Part shown: one piece after another, positions 30,105 through 39,433 of the stretch
Numbering within the stretch: the first letter of the stretch is position 1
Layout: each line of letters begins with the position of its first letter
Notes under the pieces: model-generated
Told to the model about the DNA's origin: nothing
Databases searched by the model: none
What the model saw: the letters and a program-made list of their open reading frames with translations, nothing else
Translations under genes and position numbers: made by a program
Source of the DNA: Spirochaetia bacterium
Lineage (GTDB): Bacteria; Spirochaetota; Spirochaetia; UBA9216
DNA: 64,000 nt
Assembly: GCA_963675665.1 (NCBI GenBank)
Contig: OY776510.1
Location: 1,472,001-1,536,000, forward strand
Direction: 5' to 3'

Positions 30105-31138
30105 TTCGAATAGAAAACCTTGACGTTGTCTTCGACAATTTTGAACTTCACGGAATTAATCTCGATATAAAACAAAACGAGTTTTTTGTTCTTATGGGGC
30201 CCACCGGGGCGGGGAAAACTGTACTTATCGAATCAATTGCCGGAATCACACCGGTAAAATCGGGCCGAATCGAATTATCCGGCCGCGACATAACCCGTCT
30301 GCCGCCTGAAAAACGCGGTGTGGGTATAGTGTATCAGGATTACGCCCTTTTTCCGCATATGAGCGTTAAGGAAAATATTCTCTACGCGGTAAAATACCAT
30401 TCTCTCGAAAAGGCGCCGGCGAAAGAACGCCTCGAAAAACTTTGCGGAGATCTCGATATAAAACACCTTCTTGACCGGTATCCGTCAACCCTCAGCGGCG
30501 GGGAACAGCAGCGGACGGCGCTTGCCCGGGCCATGATGTTTGAACCGGAGGTGCTGATGCTTGATGAACCGCTGTCGGCCCTTGACCCCGGGTTCCGCCT
30601 TGAGATTCAGGAGCTGCTGCGAAGGCTGCGTGATACTACCGAGATTACATTTCTTATGGTGACCCATGATTTTTCCGAGGCCCTGTCGCTTGCAGATCGC
30701 GCAGCCGTAATGAACAACGGACGGATCGAGCAGATCGATGAAGTGCAGAATCTGTTCAGAAAGCCGGCGACTGAGTTCGTGGCAGGCTTTGTGGGCATGA
30801 AAAACATAATACATGCCGATATCAGCGGCAACCTGGCAACAGCCGGAGAGTTAAAGATTGAACTTGCCGAAACTGCTGAATGTCAAAAAGGCATATTAGC
30901 TGTAAGACCGGAAGATATTGTTCTGTACGGAAAGCCCCCTGAAAACGTACAGGTAAACTCCTTTAAGGGAAGGATAGCCGCTTCTGTTGATCGCGGGTTC
31001 TTTTTTGAGGTTGTTATAAATTTTTCAAATCACGATTTTACAGCCCTTCTGACAAAGGGCGCGGCGGGAGAACTTGATCTGAAAGCCGGAGAGCATGTAT
31101 TTTTTTCCTTTAAACCGGAATCAATTCACTGTTTTTGA
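30101..31138 (+). CDS. wtpC: Tungstate/molybdate ABC ATPase with TOBE domain
   Basis: GPTGAGKT, LSGGEQQR, LDEP, C-terminal TOBE-like region. Confidence 0.9.
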   Translation: MIRIENLDVVFDNFELHGINLDIKQNEFFVLMGPTGAGKTVLIESIAGITPVKSGRIELSGRDITRLPPEKRGVGIVYQDYALFPHMSVKENILYAVKYHSLEKAPAKERLEKLCGDLDIKHLLDRYPSTLSGGEQQRTALARAMMFEPEVLMLDEPLSALDPGFRLEIQELLRRLRDTTEITFLMVTHDFSEALSLADRAAVMNNGRIEQIDEVQNLFRKPATEFVAGFVGMKNIIHADISGNLATAGELKIELAETAECQKGILAVRPEDIVLYGKPPENVQVNSFKGRIAASVDRGFFFEVVINFSNHDFTALLTKGAAGELDLKAGEHVFFSFKPESIHCF

Positions 31139-31212
31139 TTCCCGGTACAGATTTGAAGGATGTGAAGATCTTTATTGACCTGATGCGATATGCCGCCTAA
31201 TATTATCAATAT

Positions 31213-31596
31213 ATGAAGATGACTAAAAACAAACGGTTGATTCTTGATATTCTTGAAAAAGAAGACCTGCCTCTTAATGCATTACAGATTCATAAGCATT
31301 GTGACTTCGGACCGGATCTGGCAACAGTCTATCGGAATCTTCAATCGCTTGAAAAAGACGGAGCTGCCGAATCTTTTGTGTTTGAATGTGAAGACAGGGG
31401 AATCGAGCGGTATTATTCAGTAAAAAGAGAAAAGCACATACATTATCTTCACTGTGAATCATGTCATAGATTTCTTCCTTTAAATATTTGTCCCTTTGAT
31501 TCAATTTCGAATGTGATTGAAGATAAATATGATTTTAAAATACATCAGCATTTTTTTATGGTGAAAGGATTATGCAGTGAATGCAGAGAAAAGTAA
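31213..31596 (+). CDS. zur: Fur-family regulator, probable Zur
   Basis: LATVYRNL, HIHYLHCESC, C-terminal CSEC; adjacent to a Zn/Mn ABC operon. Confidence 0.8.
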   Translation: MKMTKNKRLILDILEKEDLPLNALQIHKHCDFGPDLATVYRNLQSLEKDGAAESFVFECEDRGIERYYSVKREKHIHYLHCESCHRFLPLNICPFDSISNVIEDKYDFKIHQHFFMVKGLCSECREK

Positions 31597-31637
31597 AAAT
31601 GATTTTTTTGTTGACCTGCTCTGTTGATATTATTATG

Positions 31638-31662
31638 TTATTTGCAAATGATTTGCAAATAA
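31638..31662. promoter_or_regulatory. Zur-type operator
   Basis: Perfect 12-1-12 inverted repeat TTATTTGCAAAT-G-ATTTGCAAATAA overlapping a TTGACC-17-TATGTT promoter (31611-31639). Confidence 0.85.
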
Positions 31663-31674
31663 AGAGGTGAAGCA

Positions 31675-32655
31675 ATGAAAAAGTTGATTTTTACATTCTT
31701 TCTATACTTTTGCGCGGCTGTATTTATTTTTGCCGGCGGGGCAAGCGAAAGCAAGGCTGATGGACTCGCGGACAAGGGCGGCAGGCTTAAGGTTATAGCC
31801 ACTACAAGTATAATCACGGACGTCGTGAAAAACATCGCCGGAGACAAGGCAGATGTTGCCGGTTTGATTCCTCTGGGTCAGAATGTTCACGGATATGTTC
31901 CAAAGCCCAGACAGATGGTAATGATAGAAGATGCGAACCTGATTTTTGTGAACGGTCTTAACCTTGAAGAACAGATGCTTGAGCTTGTCTACAGTAACTC
32001 TGAGGCCCCTGTTGTTGAGGTTTCCGAAGGCATCGATGTTATCCATGAGGATGAAGACGAGCATCAGGAAGGTGAACAAGAGGAAGGTGAAGAACACCAT
32101 CACGCAGAAGGCGATCCTCACACCTGGATGAGCCTGCGGAATGCAGAGGTCTGGGTTCGCAATATTGCGGAAGCTTTAACGGAAGCCGATCCTTCAAACG
32201 GCAGCTATTACAATGAAAATGCCGAAGTATATTTAAAAGAAATCAGGGAGCTGGATAATGATATTGCGTCGGCAGTTGATGATATCCCCGTAAACAGGAG
32301 GATGATTATTTCAGATCACGCGGTTTTCAATTATTTTGCAAGGGATTACGGCTTTGAGGTTTCGGGGACAATTCTCCCTTCATTTTCTACAAACTCTGAG
32401 GCTTCCGCGAAGCATTTGGGTGAACTTGTAGATATAATAAACAGAAAAGACATAAAAGCGATCTTTGTAGGCGCTTCGGCCGGGGAAGATCTGACAAAAC
32501 TCGCTGAGGCATTGTCTGAAGAGAGCGGAACTGATATTAATATAATAACTATCCTCACCGGCTCTCTGGCTCCTGAAGGTTCATCGGGCGATACCTATCT
32601 CGGCTACTTCAGATATAATGCCGAAAAGATAGTTAAAGGACTTTCAACTGAATAA
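31675..32655 (+). CDS. znuA: Zn/Mn ABC transporter binding protein
   Basis: VH.Y.P.P, NGLNLE, His/Glu-rich loop, DPHTW, HAVFNYFA. Confidence 0.9.
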   Translation: MKKLIFTFFLYFCAAVFIFAGGASESKADGLADKGGRLKVIATTSIITDVVKNIAGDKADVAGLIPLGQNVHGYVPKPRQMVMIEDANLIFVNGLNLEEQMLELVYSNSEAPVVEVSEGIDVIHEDEDEHQEGEQEEGEEHHHAEGDPHTWMSLRNAEVWVRNIAEALTEADPSNGSYYNENAEVYLKEIRELDNDIASAVDDIPVNRRMIISDHAVFNYFARDYGFEVSGTILPSFSTNSEASAKHLGELVDIINRKDIKAIFVGASAGEDLTKLAEALSEESGTDINIITILTGSLAPEGSSGDTYLGYFRYNAEKIVKGLSTE

Positions 32656-33457
32656 TATATTCTGTTACGGAAAAAGCTGCGATAAACCCGTTGTCCCTGA
32701 TACGCCGGCCCTCGATATACGGGGGCTGTCTTTCGCGTATCCGAAGACGGGAAAAAAAGTACTTGAAGATATCTCTCTTAAAATCAACCCGGGTGAGAAA
32801 GTAGCCCTGGTAGGACCGAACGGGGCCGGCAAATCAACATTGATGAAGGTCATTCTCGGGCTTGAAGAAATTCGGGAGGGACATATTGAGATCTTCGGAA
32901 CAAAAGCCCACGGGTGCAGACACAGGGTTGCCATGGTTCCGCAGAAAACAGCCGTCGACTGGTCTTTTCCGATTAATGTGCGTCAGGTCGTAAGTATGGG
33001 AAGGTATGTCCATCTAGGTTGGTTCAGGAATCTTCGAAAAATCGATAATGAAAAAGTTGATGAAGTGATGGAAATTATGGATATAACCGACCTTTCCGCA
33101 AGGCAGATAGGCGAGCTTTCAGGCGGACAGCAGCAGCGGGTCATGCTTGCGCGAACGCTTGCCCACGATGCCGATCTGCTTTTGATGGATGAACCTTTAA
33201 ATCATGTCGATATATCAACGCAGGAGTTGATGTTTCATACTATAGAAGAGCTTTGCAGTAAAGGCAAAACAGTTATAGTCAGTACTCACGACCTGGGCAT
33301 CCTTACCGTTCATTTCAGCAGGGCGCTTTTTCTGGATAAAACTGTTATTGCGGACGGTCCGGTAAAAGAGGTTCTCACGCCTGAAAACATTGCGCGCGCC
33401 TACGGTTTTGAATTTCATGAAAACTATACTGATCTCGGGAGGCCTGGCTGTGATTGA
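32648..33457 (+). CDS. znuC: Zn/Mn ABC ATPase, probable CTG start
   Basis: Walker A GPNGAGKST lies upstream of the listed start; frame open from stop 32630-32632; CTG 32648 is 7 nt after AAAGGA; LSGGQQQR. Confidence 0.85.
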   Translation: MNNIFCYGKSCDKPVVPDTPALDIRGLSFAYPKTGKKVLEDISLKINPGEKVALVGPNGAGKSTLMKVILGLEEIREGHIEIFGTKAHGCRHRVAMVPQKTAVDWSFPINVRQVVSMGRYVHLGWFRNLRKIDNEKVDEVMEIMDITDLSARQIGELSGGQQQRVMLARTLAHDADLLLMDEPLNHVDISTQELMFHTIEELCSKGKTVIVSTHDLGILTVHFSRALFLDKTVIADGPVKEVLTPENIARAYGFEFHENYTDLGRPGCD

Positions 33458-34283
33458 TATAATTCTTGAACCGCTCGGTTACGGATTTTTCCGCTGGGGG
33501 CTGATTGCAGGAATTATTACGGCAATAGCATGCGGCGTGCTCAGCGGTTTTATTGTATGGCGCGGTATGGCTTTCATCGGCGACGCCATGGCCCATGCGA
33601 TACTGCCCGGTATTGTCCTCGCGGTTATCTTCGGCTTTCATATATTACTGGGAGCGCTTGGGGCCGCGCTTGTTTCCGTTGTCGGTATAGGCGTGATATC
33701 CGGTCGAAAAGGTTTCAAGGAAGACACCGCAATCGGAGTGATCTTTGCCGGGGCGTTTGCCCTGGGAATTCTTCTGATGAGCATGGTTTCGTCAATGAAA
33801 GACCTGTCTCATATTCTGTTCGGAAATATTCTCGGCATATCAAGATTTGATCTCATCCTTATTTCCATTGTGGGCGTGCTGGTTGTTCTTGCAGTGTTTC
33901 TTTTTTATAAGGAAATCCTGGTTACCAGCTTCGATCCGACTCATTCCACGGCTATAGGACTTTCGCCGAAATTTATTCATTACAGTTTGCTTATATTGAT
34001 AGCGGCCACCACGGTAATAGCCGCCCAGACTGTAGGAGTAGTGCTTGTTCTGGCGCTGATGGTTACCCCGGCGGCAACAGCGTCGCTTCTTGTGAAAAAT
34101 CTGCCCCGGATTATTTTACTCTCGGATATTTTTGCAGTGATCTCGGTAATTCTCGGGTTTTATTTGTCTTATTACTTTGATCTTGCTTCCGGAGCAACAA
34201 TCGTTATTGTTCTGACTGCTTTTTTTCTGGTTTCCTTTCTTGTTTCAGTTTTCAACAGGGGTTTTTTCAGACGAAAATCCTGA
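33450..34283 (+). CDS. znuB: Zn/Mn ABC permease; start moved to GTG 33450
   Basis: GDAMAHAILPG, LFGNILG, PAATA; GGGAGG RBS. Confidence 0.9.
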   Translation: MIDIILEPLGYGFFRWGLIAGIITAIACGVLSGFIVWRGMAFIGDAMAHAILPGIVLAVIFGFHILLGALGAALVSVVGIGVISGRKGFKEDTAIGVIFAGAFALGILLMSMVSSMKDLSHILFGNILGISRFDLILISIVGVLVVLAVFLFYKEILVTSFDPTHSTAIGLSPKFIHYSLLILIAATTVIAAQTVGVVLVLALMVTPAATASLLVKNLPRIILLSDIFAVISVILGFYLSYYFDLASGATIVIVLTAFFLVSFLVSVFNRGFFRRKS

Positions 34284-34465
34284 TTTCAGTCAAAAGCGGC
34301 AAAATTTATCCTTATTTTTATAAAAATAGCAGCAGATTAATACTCAGGTTATATGGTAATTACAGCAAACCCGTGTGAAAATACATTTATTAAAAAAAGA
34401 AATGATAAAAAGTTATGATTTAAAAATCCAGTTCAGATAGTACAGTTAAAAATTATTGTACCGCG

Positions 34466-34504
34466 GACCGCTAGGGAATGGGCCTCCCCAGTGGTCTTTT
34501 TTTT
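34466..34504 (+). terminator. Intrinsic terminator
   Basis: GACCGCT-AGGGA...TCCCC-AGTGGTC stem followed by T8. Confidence 0.75.
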
Positions 34505-34629
34505 CCCCCTTCTCCTGCAATGTTCGTTGTGTGATACGGTTTTCCGTTATAATATATTTATATAGGGTTCGTCTTTCCGTAGGGGATCGGCGAAAATTAA
34601 AAATTTTTATTTATTTATAGGGGATTGGT

Positions 34630-35178
34630 ATGTTAAAAGTAGAATCACAAGGTATCAGTATGACAAAAGAAAACTGGGAAAAAGTATCAAGCAGAGTAAA
34701 AGCCGTTTTCAATTTCGGAATTGAAAAATCAGACTGGCTGGAAAATTGCCGTATGGCCAGATTAATAGCCGCAGTACCTTTTCTGGCCGGCTGCAACAAG
34801 GCGGAGGAAACCTCTTTTACAAATTTGGTGATTTATGTTCTGTCCATAGACGAGTCGTCGAAAGAGATTTATTTTCACAAGCCCGGAGACGACGCGGATC
34901 TTTACTCCAGATTGGCTCCCATAAATAATTTTCTGGGTGGAGATCAGAAAATTATACAATGCTGTATGGATTTAATTGCGCTCAATATGATAGCCGGTTA
35001 CAAGAGAGATATGAAGGAAGATGAAGCTATCGGAAAATATAATCCTTTAAATATCGGCAACTGGAATTATGATACAATGTCGGAAAAACTCGTTCAGGAT
35101 ATAAAAGCGGTCATTACATCGGAAATATCGTCGATATATACAATGGAAGATGCTCTTAGAGGTTTGTGGAGGATATAA
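34630..35178 (+). CDS. Hypothetical helical protein with DxxEDxxxGKYNP motif
   Basis: Open 182-aa frame, AGGGG RBS and TATAAT at 34548-34553; motifs PFLAGC and RDMKEDEAIGKYNPL. Confidence 0.8.
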   Translation: MLKVESQGISMTKENWEKVSSRVKAVFNFGIEKSDWLENCRMARLIAAVPFLAGCNKAEETSFTNLVIYVLSIDESSKEIYFHKPGDDADLYSRLAPINNFLGGDQKIIQCCMDLIALNMIAGYKRDMKEDEAIGKYNPLNIGNWNYDTMSEKLVQDIKAVITSEISSIYTMEDALRGLWRI

Positions 35179-35193
35179 TACCAGGGAGGAGAA

Positions 35194-35994
35194 GTGAGAA
35201 AATATTTTGGAACTGTTCAAAAAAGAGTAGGCCTGCTTATAAGTGTCCTTGATCTGATAGTAGTTATAACCAATTTTATTTTTGCAACAAAAAGGAGTGA
35301 TCTTTTTTTTGCATTAAAGGATATGGGAGTATGGCTGATGCTGCTGGTCGGCATCCCGTTTTTTCTCAGCATCTTTTTTGAAAACCGTTTCTATAAATTT
35401 CTTCAGTTTTCACTTTTCATATTGATAGGCTCCATCAATATCATGCAGGATTTTACAGAATTTTACGGTCCAAGTCTGTTTCTGATCAGTTGGCTTCTTA
35501 TGCGTCAATACGGCTTTCTGGATAAACACCGAATTCTCAAAAACTCACTCATGCTTGGAAGTCTTGTTGTATTGTCGCAGATATCGGCCAATGTAAATAC
35601 TGCTGAAGGCGCATATGCCGGGTTTTCGACTCTCTGGTATGCTTTGTTCCTCATCCTTATGCTGCTTGTCATCTGGCAGGACATTCTGAAGAACCAGGAA
35701 GATTTGAAAAAGGAAAACCGGTTTCTGAAAATAAACTATAAGGAACTTGAAGCGCAGCTGACAGAAATTGAAAGCGAAAAAAAACCCTATGATCTGAAAG
35801 CTGCGAAAATTTCACCTGCGGAAGAAAGGGTTATCAAGGTTCTTACTATCTATAAAGCAAGCAACAGGGAAATCGCCGAGCGCCTGGACATTGCAGAGTC
35901 CACAGTTAAACTGCATCTTTATAATATCTATAACAAAATAGGCGTGGACAACAGGTTTGCAATAATAGATTTGTGCAAATATAACTTTAGCTGA
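35194..35994 (+). CDS. Membrane-anchored LuxR-family regulator
   Basis: About six TM helices, a coiled coil, then SPAEERV...SNREIAERLDIAESTVKLHLYNIYNKIGV LuxR HTH; GGAGGAG RBS. Confidence 0.9.
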   Translation: MRKYFGTVQKRVGLLISVLDLIVVITNFIFATKRSDLFFALKDMGVWLMLLVGIPFFLSIFFENRFYKFLQFSLFILIGSINIMQDFTEFYGPSLFLISWLLMRQYGFLDKHRILKNSLMLGSLVVLSQISANVNTAEGAYAGFSTLWYALFLILMLLVIWQDILKNQEDLKKENRFLKINYKELEAQLTEIESEKKPYDLKAAKISPAEERVIKVLTIYKASNREIAERLDIAESTVKLHLYNIYNKIGVDNRFAIIDLCKYNFS

Positions 35995-36016
35995 GAAGCC
36001 GGGCTGATATAATTTT

Positions 36017-37561
36017 TTATCTTCGTATATAGGACAGCTCTTCGGGCAGGACTATGTTGTTGCCGTAGGAGTCTTCGCCGTATCCGTAATCGGCAAGGAC
36101 TTCAATATCGGCTAAAACCCGTTTGTCACCATGAAATGATACTATCAGATCTGTTTTCAGATCGATTTTACCCTGGGCCAGAAGGTTTGCTATGGCTCTG
36201 TTTGCAAATTCTGCCAGAGTCTCCTCCGGAATTGCCTCAATATCGGGCAGGGAAAAATCGGTCGAGTAATTAATAATCTTCTTTTCTTCGAGCAGTTCGA
36301 GAAAAATTTCTTTAAGGCCTTTTTCAAAATTCTTGTTATATTCAAAATTCGTAATAGATTTGAGCTTGCTTATATTCCGGGCCAGGTTTCTTCTTTTTTC
36401 GGCATTGATTTTTTCATTTACACGGAATAAATTCATCGGGCTGGAGGCATCATATTTTTCCCCGTCTATCAGCAGATATACATCGCTTCCGTAATGCTGT
36501 ACTATCTTGGCAATAAGGGTTGACGGTCTGACATGAAAGCCTCTGTAGATGGGTACTTTCACATTAATAGTCCCTTCTTCCGCGTATTTCTTGATAACCT
36601 TTTTACAAAGGTTCTTTCCGGCTGTTAAAAATTGCTCGGAATAATTTAGATAATAATTAATCAGAATATCAAGAAGTTGATAAGCGGTTATCGACACGTT
36701 CGGGTCTTCCCGGTTCTCTTTTTCCAGGGGTTTTATATGGCGTTCATAGTAGTGAATTATTCTTGACGCTGCTTCAAGAAGGTGAAAAACAATTGAAGCA
36801 TGTCCGCGTATCAGTTTTAGATCACTGTCAAGATCTTCAATATCGGTATTGGAAATGTAGGTGTCATACAGGCTTTGAAGGTTATGAAATTTACACTCAA
36901 GAAGTCTGATTGAATCTTCACTGACAAGATCGGGAACCACTTTATTATAGTCTTCGCTTTGAATGTTCCTGATGTTTTTTAGCAGAATACTTTTGCTTTC
37001 CAGATTAAGGTATGATGTTGCAAGACTGACAATTACCTGTTCAGGTTTATCAACCTGAATTTTCTGGAAGTTGGAATCAAGTCTCCCGGCAGGATAATCC
37101 GGTGCTTTATACAATCCTTCAACCATGACTGTATTACGTTTCAGTCCGGCTGCATCCGCGTTTTCAAGAAGGCTTGAAAAGAGCATATACATATAGGTTG
37201 AATATCTTTTAAGAATTCCGTCGGTATCTGCAAGGAATTTATCAATTCCGCTGAGCAGCTGGTAATGCGGGGACGTAGATTTCAGGTGAAGCGTTATATA
37301 TGAAACATCGGTAAAAAGTTTGACGGATGCTATATTGTTTCGAAAGGGTCTCCAGACAAGATTATTCTTTGCATTATAGTAATCCAGAGTTTCTTCGAGT
37401 CTTGTAGCTGCGGCGTTAGCGCGTCCGAGAAAACTTGTATTAATAATGTCTTTTTTATTATCTACCGAAAATGCATAGTTTATGGCGGAGTTTAAGGGCG
37501 CAAAAAGCCGGTTTATAAGCTTCAAAAATGCTTCATTGTTGAATTCGGAATTCCTGTCCAT
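36017..37561 (-). CDS. Large helical protein with HPr-like phosphocarrier domain
   Basis: RGFHVRPSTLIAKIVQHYGSDV...YDASS matches the HPr His15 and Ser46 regions. Confidence 0.75.
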   Translation of the reverse strand: MDRNSEFNNEAFLKLINRLFAPLNSAINYAFSVDNKKDIINTSFLGRANAAATRLEETLDYYNAKNNLVWRPFRNNIASVKLFTDVSYITLHLKSTSPHYQLLSGIDKFLADTDGILKRYSTYMYMLFSSLLENADAAGLKRNTVMVEGLYKAPDYPAGRLDSNFQKIQVDKPEQVIVSLATSYLNLESKSILLKNIRNIQSEDYNKVVPDLVSEDSIRLLECKFHNLQSLYDTYISNTDIEDLDSDLKLIRGHASIVFHLLEAASRIIHYYERHIKPLEKENREDPNVSITAYQLLDILINYYLNYSEQFLTAGKNLCKKVIKKYAEEGTINVKVPIYRGFHVRPSTLIAKIVQHYGSDVYLLIDGEKYDASSPMNLFRVNEKINAEKRRNLARNISKLKSITNFEYNKNFEKGLKEIFLELLEEKKIINYSTDFSLPDIEAIPEETLAEFANRAIANLLAQGKIDLKTDLIVSFHGDKRVLADIEVLADYGYGEDSYGNNIVLPEELSYIRR

Positions 37562-37668
37562 TAATTTAATTATCGTAGTATCTCTGTATACTTGTCAAAG
37601 AAATTTTGTATAATCAGCGTATCATTTGAAATATACGGCATGATATTGTTATTATGGAGTGTCCTGAA

Positions 37669-38058
37669 ATGATTCAAGTTACAGCTGCAGTAATTATAAA
37701 AAACGGAAAAATCCTTCTGTGCAGGCGTGCAGCAGGAGAAAACCTTGCCGGATACTGGGAATTCCCGGGAGGAAAACTCGAAACGGGTGAAAATCTGAAA
37801 CAATGTCTTGAACGTGAACTTTTCGAAGAACTTGGCGTTGAATCAACAGCCGGAGAAATAGTCGGCAGGAATATACACTGCTATGATGACGGTGAGATAG
37901 AACTTGTCGGTATTAAAACTGAACTGAAGTCCGAAAAGGCTGTGCCGACAGTTCATGACATGATGGAGTGGGTTCCGGTAGAACAAATTCCGGATTTCAG
38001 ACTGGCGCCGGCCGATATCCCCCTTGGCAAAATTGTAATGGAGAAGTTTAAAAAATGA
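37669..38058 (+). CDS. MutT/NudG-like Nudix hydrolase
   Basis: WEFPGGKLETGENLKQCLERELFEELG Nudix box; PAD motif; GGAG before ATG 37669. Confidence 0.92.
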   Translation: MIQVTAAVIIKNGKILLCRRAAGENLAGYWEFPGGKLETGENLKQCLERELFEELGVESTAGEIVGRNIHCYDDGEIELVGIKTELKSEKAVPTVHDMMEWVPVEQIPDFRLAPADIPLGKIVMEKFKK

Positions 38059-38579
38059 GTGTCCCCGATTTTCTGTTTGAGAGATGGACGGCGAAATATA
38101 TTCCTGATCTTGTAAAAAATGCTGATAATCCCAGGGTTGCGGAAACCCTCCGAAATATTTTCCCTAACCCTTACACAGAGGAAGATGCCGTATCATGGAT
38201 TAAAATATGCAGTGCAGCTGATGAAAGCCGTAATTTCGATCGGGCTGTTGTAATAGACGGTCGGGCAGCGGGAGGAATCGGGCTGATAATCGGGAACGAT
38301 GTTTATTCAAAAACGGCTGAACTCGGGTACTGGCTCGGCGAAGATTTTTGGGGGCAGGGCATAATGACGGCGGCTGTAAAGGAATTCTGCCGAATAGGGT
38401 TCGAACGGTTTGACATAGTAAGAATCTTTGCCGGCGCCTTTGCACATAATGCCGGGTCCCGGCAAGTTCTGGAAAAGGCCGGGTTCCGGCTCGAGGGCGT
38501 TCAGCGGATGAATATTTATAAAAACGGGAAATTCGGTGATTCATGTATGTATGCTCTGCTTAAAGACGAATTTGTCTGA
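38055..38579 (+). CDS. GNAT acetyltransferase (RimJ/RimL family)
   Basis: AELGYWLGEDFWGQGIMT, N.GS..VLEKAGF. Confidence 0.92.
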   Translation: MSVPDFLFERWTAKYIPDLVKNADNPRVAETLRNIFPNPYTEEDAVSWIKICSAADESRNFDRAVVIDGRAAGGIGLIIGNDVYSKTAELGYWLGEDFWGQGIMTAAVKEFCRIGFERFDIVRIFAGAFAHNAGSRQVLEKAGFRLEGVQRMNIYKNGKFGDSCMYALLKDEFV

Positions 38580-38602
38580 AGGTTTTTTATAAGGAGAAGT
38601 AT

Positions 38603-39433
38603 GTGTTCAAACTTGTCAGTGAGCTTCATAAAAATGAAATAACGGACCTGGTTGACCGCATGGCAGCTGATGCTGATGCGGATTATTCCGGGGATTTACT
38701 GAAACTGACGGAGGTGATCAGGGATGACATTCCTGAAAGGAAGCGAATCTCTTACGGCCGTTACAGCATTATTAAAGAGACAGGACTGTTTATATACCCG
38801 CTTCTGAAAACAAATAAAATCGATCCGAACCGTCTTGCCGAGAGATTATATAATAACAAAAATGCCGATCCTTTCATCAGAAGCCTGGGCATACAGCTTA
38901 TGTCCGTTGATGCTGAGAATACCGGAAACCTTGAAACCGCGCTTGATTATTTTGAAAAGGCGGCTTCGGATGACTCCTGGATAGTCAGGGAATGTTCAAG
39001 CGGGTTTGTACGAAAACTAATCAGGGGATACTCCGAAACAATGAAAAAGTGGTATCTTGAAATGGTCAGCTCGGAAGATACTTTCAGGCGCCGTTTCGCC
39101 GGTGAATCTCTGAGGCCGGTAGCGGACAACCGCTGGTTTAAAAAGCAACCTGAATTCGCCTGGAATGTGCTTGAATGCCTGTTTCACGAACCGGCTGTAT
39201 ATCCGCGCACTTCAGCCGGAAACAGTCTCAGCGACTGGATGAGGATTGACCCCGACCGGACTTTGCCGGTTGTAAAAGAGCTGGCGGCAAACGGTGATAA
39301 AAATTCTTACTGGATTGCATACCGGGCCTGTCGAAATCTTGTTAAAAAAGAACCCTTGATGGTAATGGATATATTGAAAACCGATCACTATAAATACAAG
39401 GATCGTGATTATCACAGGGCGGATTACGAATGA
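38603..39433 (+). CDS. HEAT-repeat DNA alkylation repair (AlkD/AlkC-like) protein
   Basis: W.VRE, RRFAGESLRP and YPRTSAGNSL.D HEAT-like repeats. Confidence 0.7.
   Translation: MFKLVSELHKNEITDLVDRMAADADADYSGDLLKLTEVIRDDIPERKRISYGRYSIIKETGLFIYPLLKTNKIDPNRLAERLYNNKNADPFIRSLGIQLMSVDAENTGNLETALDYFEKAASDDSWIVRECSSGFVRKLIRGYSETMKKWYLEMVSSEDTFRRRFAGESLRPVADNRWFKKQPEFAWNVLECLFHEPAVYPRTSAGNSLSDWMRIDPDRTLPVVKELAANGDKNSYWIAYRACRNLVKKEPLMVMDILKTDHYKYKDRDYHRADYE

Noticed and set aside
34363-34385. c-di-GMP-I riboswitch-like start (GCAAACC..GAAA)
   Set aside because: The required GG.CGCAAAG junction and P2 stem are absent.
34474-34489. Fluoride riboswitch-like GGGAATGGGCCTCCC
   Set aside because: Lacks the downstream AAACCGC..GCTGATGAC pseudoknot part, and no fluoride-related gene follows; it is part of a terminator stem.
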